Below are positions 1-8,368 of a DNA stretch of 64,000 nt, piece by piece. The notes beneath the pieces are model-generated. The model saw only the letters and a list, made by a program, of their open reading frames with translations, ran no database searches and was not told the origin of the DNA. A program made the position numbers and the translations under genes. Source of the DNA: an uncultured Gammaproteobacteria bacterium (GTDB taxonomy: Bacteria > Patescibacteriota > Microgenomatia > JAMCZE01). Position 1 is the first letter of the stretch. The number at the start of each line of letters is the position of its first letter. The stretch lies in NCBI GenBank assembly GCA_964576435.1, contig CAZNUP010000001.1, forward strand, positions 535,551 through 599,550, in the 5' to 3' direction.

Positions 1-1
1 A

Positions 2-1528
2 AAGCCAGAATTAGAAAGAACTAATGAAGAAGTGAATTGGGTACCAGAACATTTTAAACATGGCAGATATTTAAATAGCTTAAAGTCAGCCCCCGATTGG
101 TGTATTTCAAGAAGTAGATATTGGGGATCCCCTGTTCCAGTTTGGGAATGCGAAAAGTGTGGCGATCGTTTTGTTCCAGAATCTATAAAAGAACTTGAAG
201 ATTGGTCAGGTCAAAAAGTGACTACTCTTCATAAACCGGAAATTGACGATGTGACAGGTCCATGTAAAAAATGTGGAGGAGTTTCAAAAAGAGTCCCTGA
301 AGTCTTAGACAGTTGGATTGAAGCCGGTTCCGCCTCTTTTGCAGAAAGACACTATCCATTTGAAGGTGATGTTAAATTAGATACTTTCTTCCCACCAGAT
401 TTTGTAACAGAGTACACAGGCCAAATAAGAGCATGGTTTTACGTTTTACATGTGATTGCTGTAGGTCTCTTTGATTCTAAGGCTTTCAAAAATGTCTTAG
501 TCTCTGGAGTAATTTTGGGAACAGACGGAAGGAAAATGAGCAAGAATTTTGGAAATTACCCAGATCCCAAAGAACTATTACAAAAATATGGTGGTGATGC
601 TTTAAGACTTTATCTCTTAGGAAGTCCGGTGATGAGGGGTGAAGATGTCAGAATTTCTGAAGAAGAATATAGGAATCAAATTAGAAGTTTCCTTTTGACA
701 CTTTGGAATGTTCACAGTTTCTTTGTAATGTATGCCAACCTAAACGATTGGACGCCAGAAGATAGTTCTAAATCAACCAATGTATTGGATCTTTGGATTA
801 CGTCAAAGTTAAATGGTCTTATAGGTTCCGAAACCAAATCCCTAGACGCATATGACACAGTTTCTTCTGTGGCCGATTTCAAAAAATTCGTCGAAGATTT
901 ATCAACGTGGTATATAAGAAGAAGTAGGGATAGACTTGATAAAGATTTCTTCACAACTACCCGCCATGTTTTGGTAACTCTATCCAAACTTTTAGCACCA
1001 GTGGCACCTTTCATCTCAGAGGAGATTTATAGGAATTTAACTGGCGGAGACAGCGTTCATTTGGTAGATTGGCCTGATGCTGGTGCTGTTGATGAAGGTC
1101 TTGAAGAAGAAATGCAAATAGCGAGAAATCTTGTTGAACTAGCTCATGCAGATAGAAAACAAAATCAACTTAAAGTTCGTCAACCTCTTTCTCTTCTTGA
1201 AACGACAAGCAAGATTGCCTTACGAAATGAAGTATTGGATTTAATAAAAGATGAAGTGAATGTCAAAAAAGTAACCAACAAAAAAGGTGAGAGTTTAGAA
1301 ATTAATCTTGTTAAAGAATTAACAGAAGAACTAAAAGCAGAAGGCGAAGCAAGAGAAATTGTGAGAAGTATTCAAGATGCTAGGAAAGAATTGAAGACAT
1401 CCATGGATGAGTTGGTTATTGTAACTCTGCCTTCCTGGCCAAAAGATTTTGAAGATTATATTAAAAAACAAACTTTGGCAAAGGAGTTAAAAGAAGGGCC
1501 GATTTTGGTTGTGGATAGGTTGTCTTAA
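2..1528 (+). CDS. ileS: isoleucyl-tRNA synthetase, C-terminal ~500 aa (5' end cut by window)
   Basis: Frame is open from nt 2. KMSKS-type motif KMSKNFGNYPDP is present. Two CxxC zinc-binding pairs (CEKCG...CKKCG) are present. Editing and anticodon-binding regions are typical of class I IleRS. Confidence 0.9.
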   Translation, partial: KPELERTNEEVNWVPEHFKHGRYLNSLKSAPDWCISRSRYWGSPVPVWECEKCGDRFVPESIKELEDWSGQKVTTLHKPEIDDVTGPCKKCGGVSKRVPEVLDSWIEAGSASFAERHYPFEGDVKLDTFFPPDFVTEYTGQIRAWFYVLHVIAVGLFDSKAFKNVLVSGVILGTDGRKMSKNFGNYPDPKELLQKYGGDALRLYLLGSPVMRGEDVRISEEEYRNQIRSFLLTLWNVHSFFVMYANLNDWTPEDSSKSTNVLDLWITSKLNGLIGSETKSLDAYDTVSSVADFKKFVEDLSTWYIRRSRDRLDKDFFTTTRHVLVTLSKLLAPVAPFISEEIYRNLTGGDSVHLVDWPDAGAVDEGLEEEMQIARNLVELAHADRKQNQLKVRQPLSLLETTSKIALRNEVLDLIKDEVNVKKVTNKKGESLEINLVKELTEELKAEGEAREIVRSIQDARKELKTSMDELVIVTLPSWPKDFEDYIKKQTLAKELKEGPILVVDRLS

Positions 1529-1641
1529 CTTAAAATAAATTATTCTTCTTAAAAATAATCCAAACTTATAAGACCACAAGAAGTTTCACTCAAATCCCCC
1601 AATTTGACATAGTCCTATAGTTATAGTAATGTTAATCGACT

Positions 1642-1974
1642 ATGTCGAAATCAGAGCTCCTACAGTCAGTTTATATCCCTGAGGGAAAGTCCAGGACAGA
1701 TAAATTCTACGGGGATTATTGGTTAATGTATGATGAAGGTGAACTCGTAGCGATAGGCCACATCCGCGCTCCAAAACGAGGTGACGAAATAATGCTTGTT
1801 TTATCTCAGACGTTGCAGTCATTATCAAATACATATAAAAGACCCATAAGACATGATTTTTTCGCCGGAAATAAAGGAGCAGATGCTTTAGCAAGAAGAA
1901 CTAAAGGATATGAATACTCTCACGACGATGAAAAGGGAAGACCTGTATATGTAAGAAAGTATCTACCCAAATAA
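1642..1974 (+). CDS. hypothetical protein (110 aa)
   Basis: Intact ORF in an intergenic position; no recognisable motif. Confidence 0.35.
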   Translation: MSKSELLQSVYIPEGKSRTDKFYGDYWLMYDEGELVAIGHIRAPKRGDEIMLVLSQTLQSLSNTYKRPIRHDFFAGNKGADALARRTKGYEYSHDDEKGRPVYVRKYLPK

Positions 1975-2013
1975 GATGGAATCTTGTTAGTAGTTAGAGG
2001 ACAATTATTTAAT

Positions 2014-2427
2014 TTAATTGTTTCCCAACTTGTTGTAGCCTAAATCAATTAATTTTTTAATCACTGTCATGGTAATAATTATTAAAACCAGTCCAACAAA
2101 TCCACTTATTTGAACTGCTTCTCCAAAAATATTCTCTAAAGAAAAAAGAAATACAAATTTTGAAAAAAACATTACAAGCCAAACACAAAACACTAAAAGA
2201 ATTTTATATTTTGACCCCTCCTTATTTTTAAAATGCTTAACAATTACGTCTTTTAGCCAAAACGTGGCGTAAGTAAGAATTTGCATCACAATTGCTGCAA
2301 AAAATGTTATTGAATACGACCAGGTACTAAGAATGTTTGTGTATTCTTCAAAAAATCCAAGCACAACAGCATAAACCAAAACACCTAAAACCATATCTGA
2401 AAATAATTGTTGTTTGTATGTTCTCAT
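2014..2427 (-). CDS. hypothetical integral membrane protein (about 4 TM helices)
   Basis: Hydrophobic segments throughout; no catalytic motif. Confidence 0.45.
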   Translation of the reverse strand: MRTYKQQLFSDMVLGVLVYAVVLGFFEEYTNILSTWSYSITFFAAIVMQILTYATFWLKDVIVKHFKNKEGSKYKILLVFCVWLVMFFSKFVFLFSLENIFGEAVQISGFVGLVLIIITMTVIKKLIDLGYNKLGNN

Positions 2428-2601
2428 CGTTCGGCGTTCTAAATTTTAGGTAGGCGCTAATTTAAGTCAAAGGTAGACGATTGATTCCGATATGGGTCCG
2501 TCTAACTCTTGATCTCGCTGTCAACGTTATAAAAAGTGCTTGCTTAATAGGCCTTCTCCGAAAGTCATGTTAATTATATCAATAGATTATTCAGCTATAA
2601 T

Positions 2602-3669
2602 GTGAGAGTGAAATTTCTTCAAGGTTTTGATTATAAAATTTTGATCCCAGCTCTTGTCCTTTGTGGTTTCGGTGCAGCTGAAATTGGCAGTGTTGCCCCA
2701 GAAGTTTTTCCTTCGCAGCTAATATTTTATGTCTTGGGATTAATTTTGTTTTTTATCTTTAGCCAAATTGACTACAAAATCTATAGACCACTAGGAATCA
2801 TAATCTATATTGTTTCAGTTATTCTCCTTGCAATAACTTTGATTGTAGGACTTGAAAGCAGAGGGTCCACAAGATGGCTAGAAATTGGTTCTTTTAGACT
2901 CCAATTCTCTGAGCTTCTAAAACCGTTCTTAATTATTTCTTTTGCAACAGTCCTAACAACGTTTGACGGTAGAAAGATTTCAAGAATTGCTTTACTCCTA
3001 GGTTTTTTTGCGCTGCCCCTTCTTTTAGTTTTTAAGCAACCAGATTTGGGAAGTACGATTGTCTATGTTGGTGCGATTACAGTTATGGTTTTTCTTTCTG
3101 GAATTTCTTTAATTAGGCTAGCTCTCTTAAGTTTAGCTGGGCTTTTAGTTTTACCAATTGGTTGGTTTTTCCTAGCAAACTATCAAAAGGATAGGATTTT
3201 GTCATTTATGTCCCCTCATTATGATCCTCAAGGCACAAGCTATAACGCCATTCAATCATTAATAACTGTTGGATCTGGAATGTTTCTTGGCAAAGGGTTG
3301 GGGCGGGGGACTCAGTCCCATCTGGAATTCCTTCCCGAACATCACACTGACTTTATTTTTGCCTCCGTCTCAGAAGAACTTGGCTTCCTAGGAGGTGCCG
3401 CCATTATTTCCCTCTATGCTTTCCTGGTTTGGCGGATTTTTTCAGTCGCAATTAAAGAGGAAGACCAGTTTGGCAGACTACTTTGCGCTGGAATTGGTGC
3501 CATGGTTTTAGTCCAAGCATTCATAAATATTGGAATGAATCTTTCAATTCTTCCAGTTACTGGCGTTACCCTCCCCCTTGTTTCCTATGGTGGAGCATCG
3601 ATCCTATCAACGTTTGTAGCCCTGGGGATTGCTGAAAACATCTCCAGAAGGTATAATAGAGGTCTATGA
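2602..3669 (+). CDS. FtsW/RodA/SpoVE (SEDS) family peptidoglycan polymerase
   Basis: Polytopic membrane protein with SEDS-typical segments (…SPHYDPQGTSYNAIQSLITVGSGMFLGKGLG…, …LPEHHTDFIFASVSEELGF…). Confidence 0.85.
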   Translation: MRVKFLQGFDYKILIPALVLCGFGAAEIGSVAPEVFPSQLIFYVLGLILFFIFSQIDYKIYRPLGIIIYIVSVILLAITLIVGLESRGSTRWLEIGSFRLQFSELLKPFLIISFATVLTTFDGRKISRIALLLGFFALPLLLVFKQPDLGSTIVYVGAITVMVFLSGISLIRLALLSLAGLLVLPIGWFFLANYQKDRILSFMSPHYDPQGTSYNAIQSLITVGSGMFLGKGLGRGTQSHLEFLPEHHTDFIFASVSEELGFLGGAAIISLYAFLVWRIFSVAIKEEDQFGRLLCAGIGAMVLVQAFINIGMNLSILPVTGVTLPLVSYGGASILSTFVALGIAENISRRYNRGL

Positions 3670-4031
3670 ACTTCGCAGTTGTCAAATACGGCGGAAAACA
3701 GCACCTTGTGACTGAGGGTCAAATCCTTGAAGTCGAGGGTCGTCTAGCTGATGCTCCAGGTGATTTAGAGCTCTCTGAAGTACTTCTCTTAAACGTGGAT
3801 GATAAAGCTACAATTGGCGCCCCACTTATTTCTGGAGCAAAGATCCCAGCTAAGGTTGTTGACATCAAAAAGGGCGAAAAAATCGACGTCTATAAATTCA
3901 AAGCTAAGTCTAGATATAGAAACCATACTGGATTTAGACCATTTGTCACAACCATTGAAATTGGAAACTTTGGAGGCTCCCAAAAAACTGCCACCCCAGC
4001 TAAAACAGCGAAACCAACAAAAACAAAGTGA
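3666..4031 (+). CDS. rplU: 50S ribosomal protein L21 with Lys/Thr-rich C-terminal tail
   Basis: N-terminus MNFAVVKYGGKQHLVTEGQILEVE is typical of bL21. Stop TGA overlaps the GTG start of the next gene. Confidence 0.9.
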   Translation: MNFAVVKYGGKQHLVTEGQILEVEGRLADAPGDLELSEVLLLNVDDKATIGAPLISGAKIPAKVVDIKKGEKIDVYKFKAKSRYRNHTGFRPFVTTIEIGNFGGSQKTATPAKTAKPTKTK

Positions 4032-5053
4032 ACTACCTCTTCACATTCGGAAACACCCCTGAGTTATCCAAACTCGAACTAGATTCAGTCTATTCTGGTG
4101 GCGACCCATTGCCTATTGCCTATAAACTGGGAGGAACAGTTAAAATAGCCGAAGAATTTGCTCAAGTTACCAAAGAATCAGATATCCCAGATAAACTAAT
4201 TTCCTATTTGGCATCCTTAAAACAACCAAAAGTCGATTTTGGGATAAGTGGTCCAGGTAATTACTCCAAAATAGTTAAAAGAGGACTCGAAGATCAAGGG
4301 ATAAAAGTCAGGTTCGTTCTTCCAAGAGAAGGTGACGAGCTTTCCTCAGTCGTTGTTGCTAAGCAAAAACTAATTGAACTAGTGGTTCGACTTGAGGGTG
4401 GCGTCTTTAAACTTGGACACACCATTTGGGTTCAAGATTTCGAAAGCTGGAATGCTAGAGACTACAATAGGCCAGCTGTTGATCCCCATGCAGGCATGCT
4501 TCCTCCTAAAATCGCAAGGATGATGGTCAATATTAGTAAGGGAAAAACTATCCTCGATCCCTTTTGTGGTGTCGGAACTGTTTTGGCTGAAGGACTTATG
4601 ACTGGAACCAGTGTCTATGGGTCAGATATTAGTTCACTTCAAGTAGATAGATCTAGGAAAAACCTTGAATGGTTAAATAAACATCCATATAAACTCTTCC
4701 AAAGTGATGCCAGAAATGTTGCCTTAAAACTCACTGAAAAAGTCGATGCAATAGTTACTGAGCCTGATCTTGGTCCAAACACTGGAAAATCTCACGATAT
4801 GAAAGAAAAGTTAGGCTTTCTCTACCTAAGTGCTTTGGATAATTGGAAAAATGTTTTAAAGCCTGGCGGTAGAGTTGTGATGGTCGTACCTTCATTCACT
4901 ATGTCAAAAGATAAAGAAGTAGATCTCGTGAAAATGGTGCTTGACAGGTCTAAAATTATGGGTTATATTGAGTTCAATAAACCTATTGAATACTACCGTC
5001 CACAGGCGGTTGTCAGGAGAAATATCATCTTTTTAACCTATGGCACATACTAA
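4028..5053 (+). CDS. putative SAM-dependent (RNA) methyltransferase, UPF0020/Trm11/RlmL-like
   Basis: Motif I DPFCGVGTVLAEG is present. The expected (D/N)PPY motif IV is replaced by TEPDLGP. GTG start. Sits between rplU and rpmA. Confidence 0.55.
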   Translation: MNYLFTFGNTPELSKLELDSVYSGGDPLPIAYKLGGTVKIAEEFAQVTKESDIPDKLISYLASLKQPKVDFGISGPGNYSKIVKRGLEDQGIKVRFVLPREGDELSSVVVAKQKLIELVVRLEGGVFKLGHTIWVQDFESWNARDYNRPAVDPHAGMLPPKIARMMVNISKGKTILDPFCGVGTVLAEGLMTGTSVYGSDISSLQVDRSRKNLEWLNKHPYKLFQSDARNVALKLTEKVDAIVTEPDLGPNTGKSHDMKEKLGFLYLSALDNWKNVLKPGGRVVMVVPSFTMSKDKEVDLVKMVLDRSKIMGYIEFNKPIEYYRPQAVVRRNIIFLTYGTY

Positions 5054-5300
5054 AGCATCAGGCGTCACAAAGGGAAACAGAGACTCAAAAGCAAAAATGC
5101 TCGGAGTCAAATTGTTTGCTGGAGAAAAAGCTAAATCAGGAAATATTTTAATTCGCCAAAGAGGGTCAAAATTTAATGCTGGTCTTGGAACTCAAAAAGG
5201 TTCGGACGACACCATCTTCGCTGTAACAGACGGCATTGTATTTTTCACGAAAAAACTTGGAAAGTCATATTTAGAAGTTCGTCCTGCCCCAAAAAATTAG
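5040..5300 (+). CDS. rpmA: 50S ribosomal protein L27
   Basis: MAHTKASGVTKGNRDSKAKMLGVK… matches the bL27 N-terminus; no Prp-type N-terminal extension. Confidence 0.9.
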   Translation: MAHTKASGVTKGNRDSKAKMLGVKLFAGEKAKSGNILIRQRGSKFNAGLGTQKGSDDTIFAVTDGIVFFTKKLGKSYLEVRPAPKN

Positions 5301-5303
5301 TCT

Positions 5304-6173
5304 ATGGCCGAACCAGCACAGATCACATACCTGGATATAAATCTCCTGCAGCCAAACCCATTGCAACCACGCGGTTTAATTACACCTGAGTCCCTAGCCG
5401 ATCTAGTCGAATCTATTAGAGAACACGGCATTTTAGAACCAATTGTTGTCGCTGAAACTCCAGCCGGATATCAGATCATTGCCGGAGAAAGAAGATGGAG
5501 AGCCTCAAAGGTAGTTGGACTTGAAAAAGTTCCCACCATTGTCAAAAGAACCTCTCATAGAGGAATGCTTGAAATGGCCATCGTTGAAAACGTTCAAAGA
5601 GTTGATCTTAATCCTCTTGAAAGAGCTCAAGGATTCAAAAGAATGATGGATGAATTTGGCCTAGGCACTGCAGAAATCTCTCAAAGAATTGGTAAATCCC
5701 AGTCTTATGTCTCAAATTCCTTAAGACTTTTGACTCTCCCAGACGCCTTAAAAGATGCGCTTTTAGCAGGGATTGTAACCGAAGGTCATATTAGAGCTCT
5801 TGCTGCAATTGAAGATCCAAATGAAATGGTTGAAGCTCTGAGACAAGTTCTAAGAGAAGAAGGATCCGTAAGAAGAGCTGAAGAACTAGCAAGAGAATAC
5901 AAAGCTAAAGCCGATGTTGCACCAAAGCATGTCGAAGAAAGAATCCACAGTGAAGAACTGGTTCAAATTGAAAGTGCATTAACAAATCATTTAGCAGCAA
6001 AAGTTAAAGTGACCCAATCAATGCGAGAAGCTCGTATGGTTATTGTCCTAAAAGGAAACATTGAAAAAACCGGTGGAGTCTTAAGAAAAATTAAAGAGGC
6101 ACTTCTCAAAGCGGAAGTTGAAGCTGAAGTTGCGGTTGAAGTTGAAGAAGTTAAAGCAACAATTGAGGAATAA
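5304..6173 (+). CDS. parB: ParB/Spo0J-like nuclease-HTH protein
   Basis: ParB N-terminal box (EPIVV…GYQIIAGERRWRASK) is present, followed by an HTH and an acidic EVEAEV C-terminal repeat. No parA is adjacent. Confidence 0.8.
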   Translation: MAEPAQITYLDINLLQPNPLQPRGLITPESLADLVESIREHGILEPIVVAETPAGYQIIAGERRWRASKVVGLEKVPTIVKRTSHRGMLEMAIVENVQRVDLNPLERAQGFKRMMDEFGLGTAEISQRIGKSQSYVSNSLRLLTLPDALKDALLAGIVTEGHIRALAAIEDPNEMVEALRQVLREEGSVRRAEELAREYKAKADVAPKHVEERIHSEELVQIESALTNHLAAKVKVTQSMREARMVIVLKGNIEKTGGVLRKIKEALLKAEVEAEVAVEVEEVKATIEE

Positions 6174-6179
6174 ATCTTC

Positions 6180-6569
6180 ATGGCGGTAGCATTAAATCTC
6201 CATCCCGGAATAGAATCTGGACCAACAGTTACCATCAAAGATGATGAGGTTGCACTCACTTATGCTACAAGATTGCGTTTTCGTGAGGGCTTGTCAGATG
6301 TAAATTTGTTGATGGAAATTGCAGGGCAAAAAAGAGAGGTTGCAGTCTACGGTAATGGGCACGGGAGAGTTGTTGTTACAGATCCTTTAGATGAAAAAAA
6401 GAATCTCAAGGAAAATATGGAACCAAAAATCCCTTTGGAAGCAAAACTACCTTACTATTCGGTGATAATAGTTCGAAGCACAGACGAACAAAGTACGACC
6501 AGACCAGTTCTTTACGAACCAAAATCTGGAGATAGAATAGTAACATTTAGTTCAATAGTTGAAGGCTAA
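6180..6569 (+). CDS. hypothetical protein (129 aa)
   Basis: ORF only. Confidence 0.35.
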   Translation: MAVALNLHPGIESGPTVTIKDDEVALTYATRLRFREGLSDVNLLMEIAGQKREVAVYGNGHGRVVVTDPLDEKKNLKENMEPKIPLEAKLPYYSVIIVRSTDEQSTTRPVLYEPKSGDRIVTFSSIVEG

Positions 6570-7129
6570 TATGTCGCGGAGTTTATCTTCCCAACCTCAG
6601 TAACCGGCCAATATCTGAAAAACACCTTCCCCACAAATTCCTCAGGTTTAACAGGTCCAAAATCTCTTGAATCACTTGAATGCTCTCTATTATCCCCCAT
6701 AACAAAATACATATGGTCCGGAACTCTTATTTCTTGCCCTTCAGTTAAATAGGATTCCGATCCGGTAAATACACTAGAATCCAAATATCCACTTTCATTA
6801 AGTGGTTGACCATTAACATAGACCTTTCCGTTAACTAGCTTAACTGTCTCTCCAGGGAGAGCAATTATTCTTTTAATGAAGTCTACGTCTTGGTTCTTTG
6901 GGGATCTAAAGACCACTACATCGCCTCTACCAGGTTGTCCAAAGCGGTATGAGACTTTATCAGTAAAAATAAACTGCCCATCCTTAAAGGTAGGGTACAT
7001 TGAACTACCTTTTACTTGGTTGGGTTGAAACAAAAAGAGGTAAACAACAACAAAGATAGCTAGCGCAAAGACAATAGCTTCAATAAAATCCCAAAATACC
7101 CCAAATAAATTCTTAACAGCGTCAAACAT
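6566..7129 (-). CDS. lepB: signal peptidase I
   Basis: S26 boxes GSSMYPTF, DFIKRIIALPGETV and VMGDNREHSSDSRDFGPV. Confidence 0.85.
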   Translation of the reverse strand: MFDAVKNLFGVFWDFIEAIVFALAIFVVVYLFLFQPNQVKGSSMYPTFKDGQFIFTDKVSYRFGQPGRGDVVVFRSPKNQDVDFIKRIIALPGETVKLVNGKVYVNGQPLNESGYLDSSVFTGSESYLTEGQEIRVPDHMYFVMGDNREHSSDSRDFGPVKPEEFVGKVFFRYWPVTEVGKINSATY

Positions 7130-7165
7130 AATTACAACCTATTTAGTCTACGGGATAACTGGGAT

Positions 7166-7711
7166 TTATTCAACACTTCCGAGGCGGTTAGTTGGCCAAA
7201 AGCGAAAAGCCACTTTTCCAACTATTTTTTCTTTGGAAACTGGTCCGAAATCTCTTGAATCACTAGAATGCTCCCTATTATCTCCCATGACAAAGTAATA
7301 CCCGTCTGGAATTAAAAGCTCTTGGTTTTCTGACAAGTAATTTTCAGGTCCAGTAAAAGTTCCCGAAGAAATGTATTTTTCTTCCAAAACTTGCCCATTT
7401 ATAAACACTTTCCCGTCTTGAATCATAATTCTTTCCCCTGGAAGTCCCACAATACGTTTAATAAAATCGACTTCTGGGTTCCTGGGGGATTCAAGTATTA
7501 CAAAATCACCGCGTTCAGGATTATGAAGGTGATAAGATACCTTTTCTGCAAATACTTTCTCTCCAGTCTTGATTGTTGGATATGATGAAGCACCAACCAC
7601 AGCTGCCGGTTGGACCAAGAAAAGGTAAGTGACGGCAAAAATCCCAAGAGCAAAAGCAGTTGATTCTACAAAGCTCCATGCTGCGTTCAAAACCGATTTA
7701 GAAACTTTCAT
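7166..7711 (-). CDS. lepB: signal peptidase I, second tandem paralog
   Basis: ASSYPTI, DFIKRIVGLPGERI and VMGDNREHSSDSRDFGPV are present. Likely start is MKVSKS at 7711, preceded by GGGAG; the ORF track extends it to 7789. Confidence 0.8.
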   Translation of the reverse strand: MKVSKSVLNAAWSFVESTAFALGIFAVTYLFLVQPAAVVGASSYPTIKTGEKVFAEKVSYHLHNPERGDFVILESPRNPEVDFIKRIVGLPGERIMIQDGKVFINGQVLEEKYISSGTFTGPENYLSENQELLIPDGYYFVMGDNREHSSDSRDFGPVSKEKIVGKVAFRFWPTNRLGSVE

Positions 7712-8039
7712 TTCTATCTCCCTTGTGTAATTCTCCCATTCCAGACTGAATAATTGCTGTATGTTTGTCTGCGCCCTCTTCATAAGCACGTTGTGCCTTT
7801 TTTCTATTTTTTTGGGCCAAATCGATCATGAACTGATTCTCCCAAGCTCCCTGTTCAGAGTCAAAAATCTTAATAGACACTAAGTATCTAATCCGGTCTT
7901 GAACCACATTAAGCTTTCCCTGGCCGTAATTAAACGACCTATTATCAATATTTTTAAGAGCTTCTAAGTGTCCGCTTGCTTTCAATTTATCGTACCAGCC
8001 TTTTATTTCAGGTGTCATAAGTGATTTATATGATATCAT
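7698..8039 (-). CDS. hypothetical protein (about 113 aa)
   Basis: ORF track runs to 8135, but the first internal Met (MISYKSL) at 8039 leaves the tRNA-like element intergenic. Confidence 0.35.
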   Translation of the reverse strand: MISYKSLMTPEIKGWYDKLKASGHLEALKNIDNRSFNYGQGKLNVVQDRIRYLVSIKIFDSEQGAWENQFMIDLAQKNRKKAQRAYEEGADKHTAIIQSGMGELHKGDRNESF

Positions 8040-8051
8040 AAAGCTAATCGA

Positions 8052-8126
8052 GGACTCGTAGTTCACCAGCAGAACGCTCGATTCACATTCGAGAGGTAGG
8101 AGGAGCGTCACCTCCCGGGTCCACCA
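8052..8126 (+). ncRNA. noncanonical tRNA-like element (anticodon CAC, discriminator A, encoded CCA)
   Basis: Perfect cloverleaf. Acceptor GGACTCG/CGGGTCC (one G-U). U8 A9. D stem GTTC/GAAC with loop ACCAGCA (no GG). Anticodon stem CTCGA/TCGAG with loop TTCACAT. T stem GGAGG/CCTCC with loop AGCGTCA (no TTC). Acceptor stem is identical to tRNA-Asp at 38926-38998. Confidence 0.4.
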
Positions 8127-8368
8127 TGGTACCATCAGAAATAGAAGGAAAATTATTAAACATGTTTCGCGATTACCAACTAGTCTTGGGTGGTGATTTC
8201 GAGATCAATAACCTTAATATGCGAACTCATTTAGAGGGAACTACGCTGAGAATGAAATATGAAGAAGTTGGCACTGAAATCTTACAGCAGTTGGGTGCTG
8301 TAAATTCGATTTTAAGCTTTTACGAGAAACATTCAAATGAAGACATTTCCCCAAAATATAGTATATGA
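8126..8368 (+). CDS. hypothetical protein (true start possibly at 8162)
   Basis: ORF; its first ATG overlaps the CCA end of the tRNA-like element. Confidence 0.3.
   Translation: MVPSEIEGKLLNMFRDYQLVLGGDFEINNLNMRTHLEGTTLRMKYEEVGTEILQQLGAVNSILSFYEKHSNEDISPKYSI

Noticed and set aside
712-1014. Antisense or overlapping ORFs in the supplied track (for example 712-1014, 3789-3983, 23798-24355, 33803-34174, 35963-36190, 38192-38569, 45647-45875, 50144-50434).
   Set aside because: They lie opposite or inside strongly supported genes (ileS, rplU, the MFS transporter, Nudix, the repeat protein, the LysM protein, gatA, dnaE). They have no motifs and are typical low-GC shadow ORFs.
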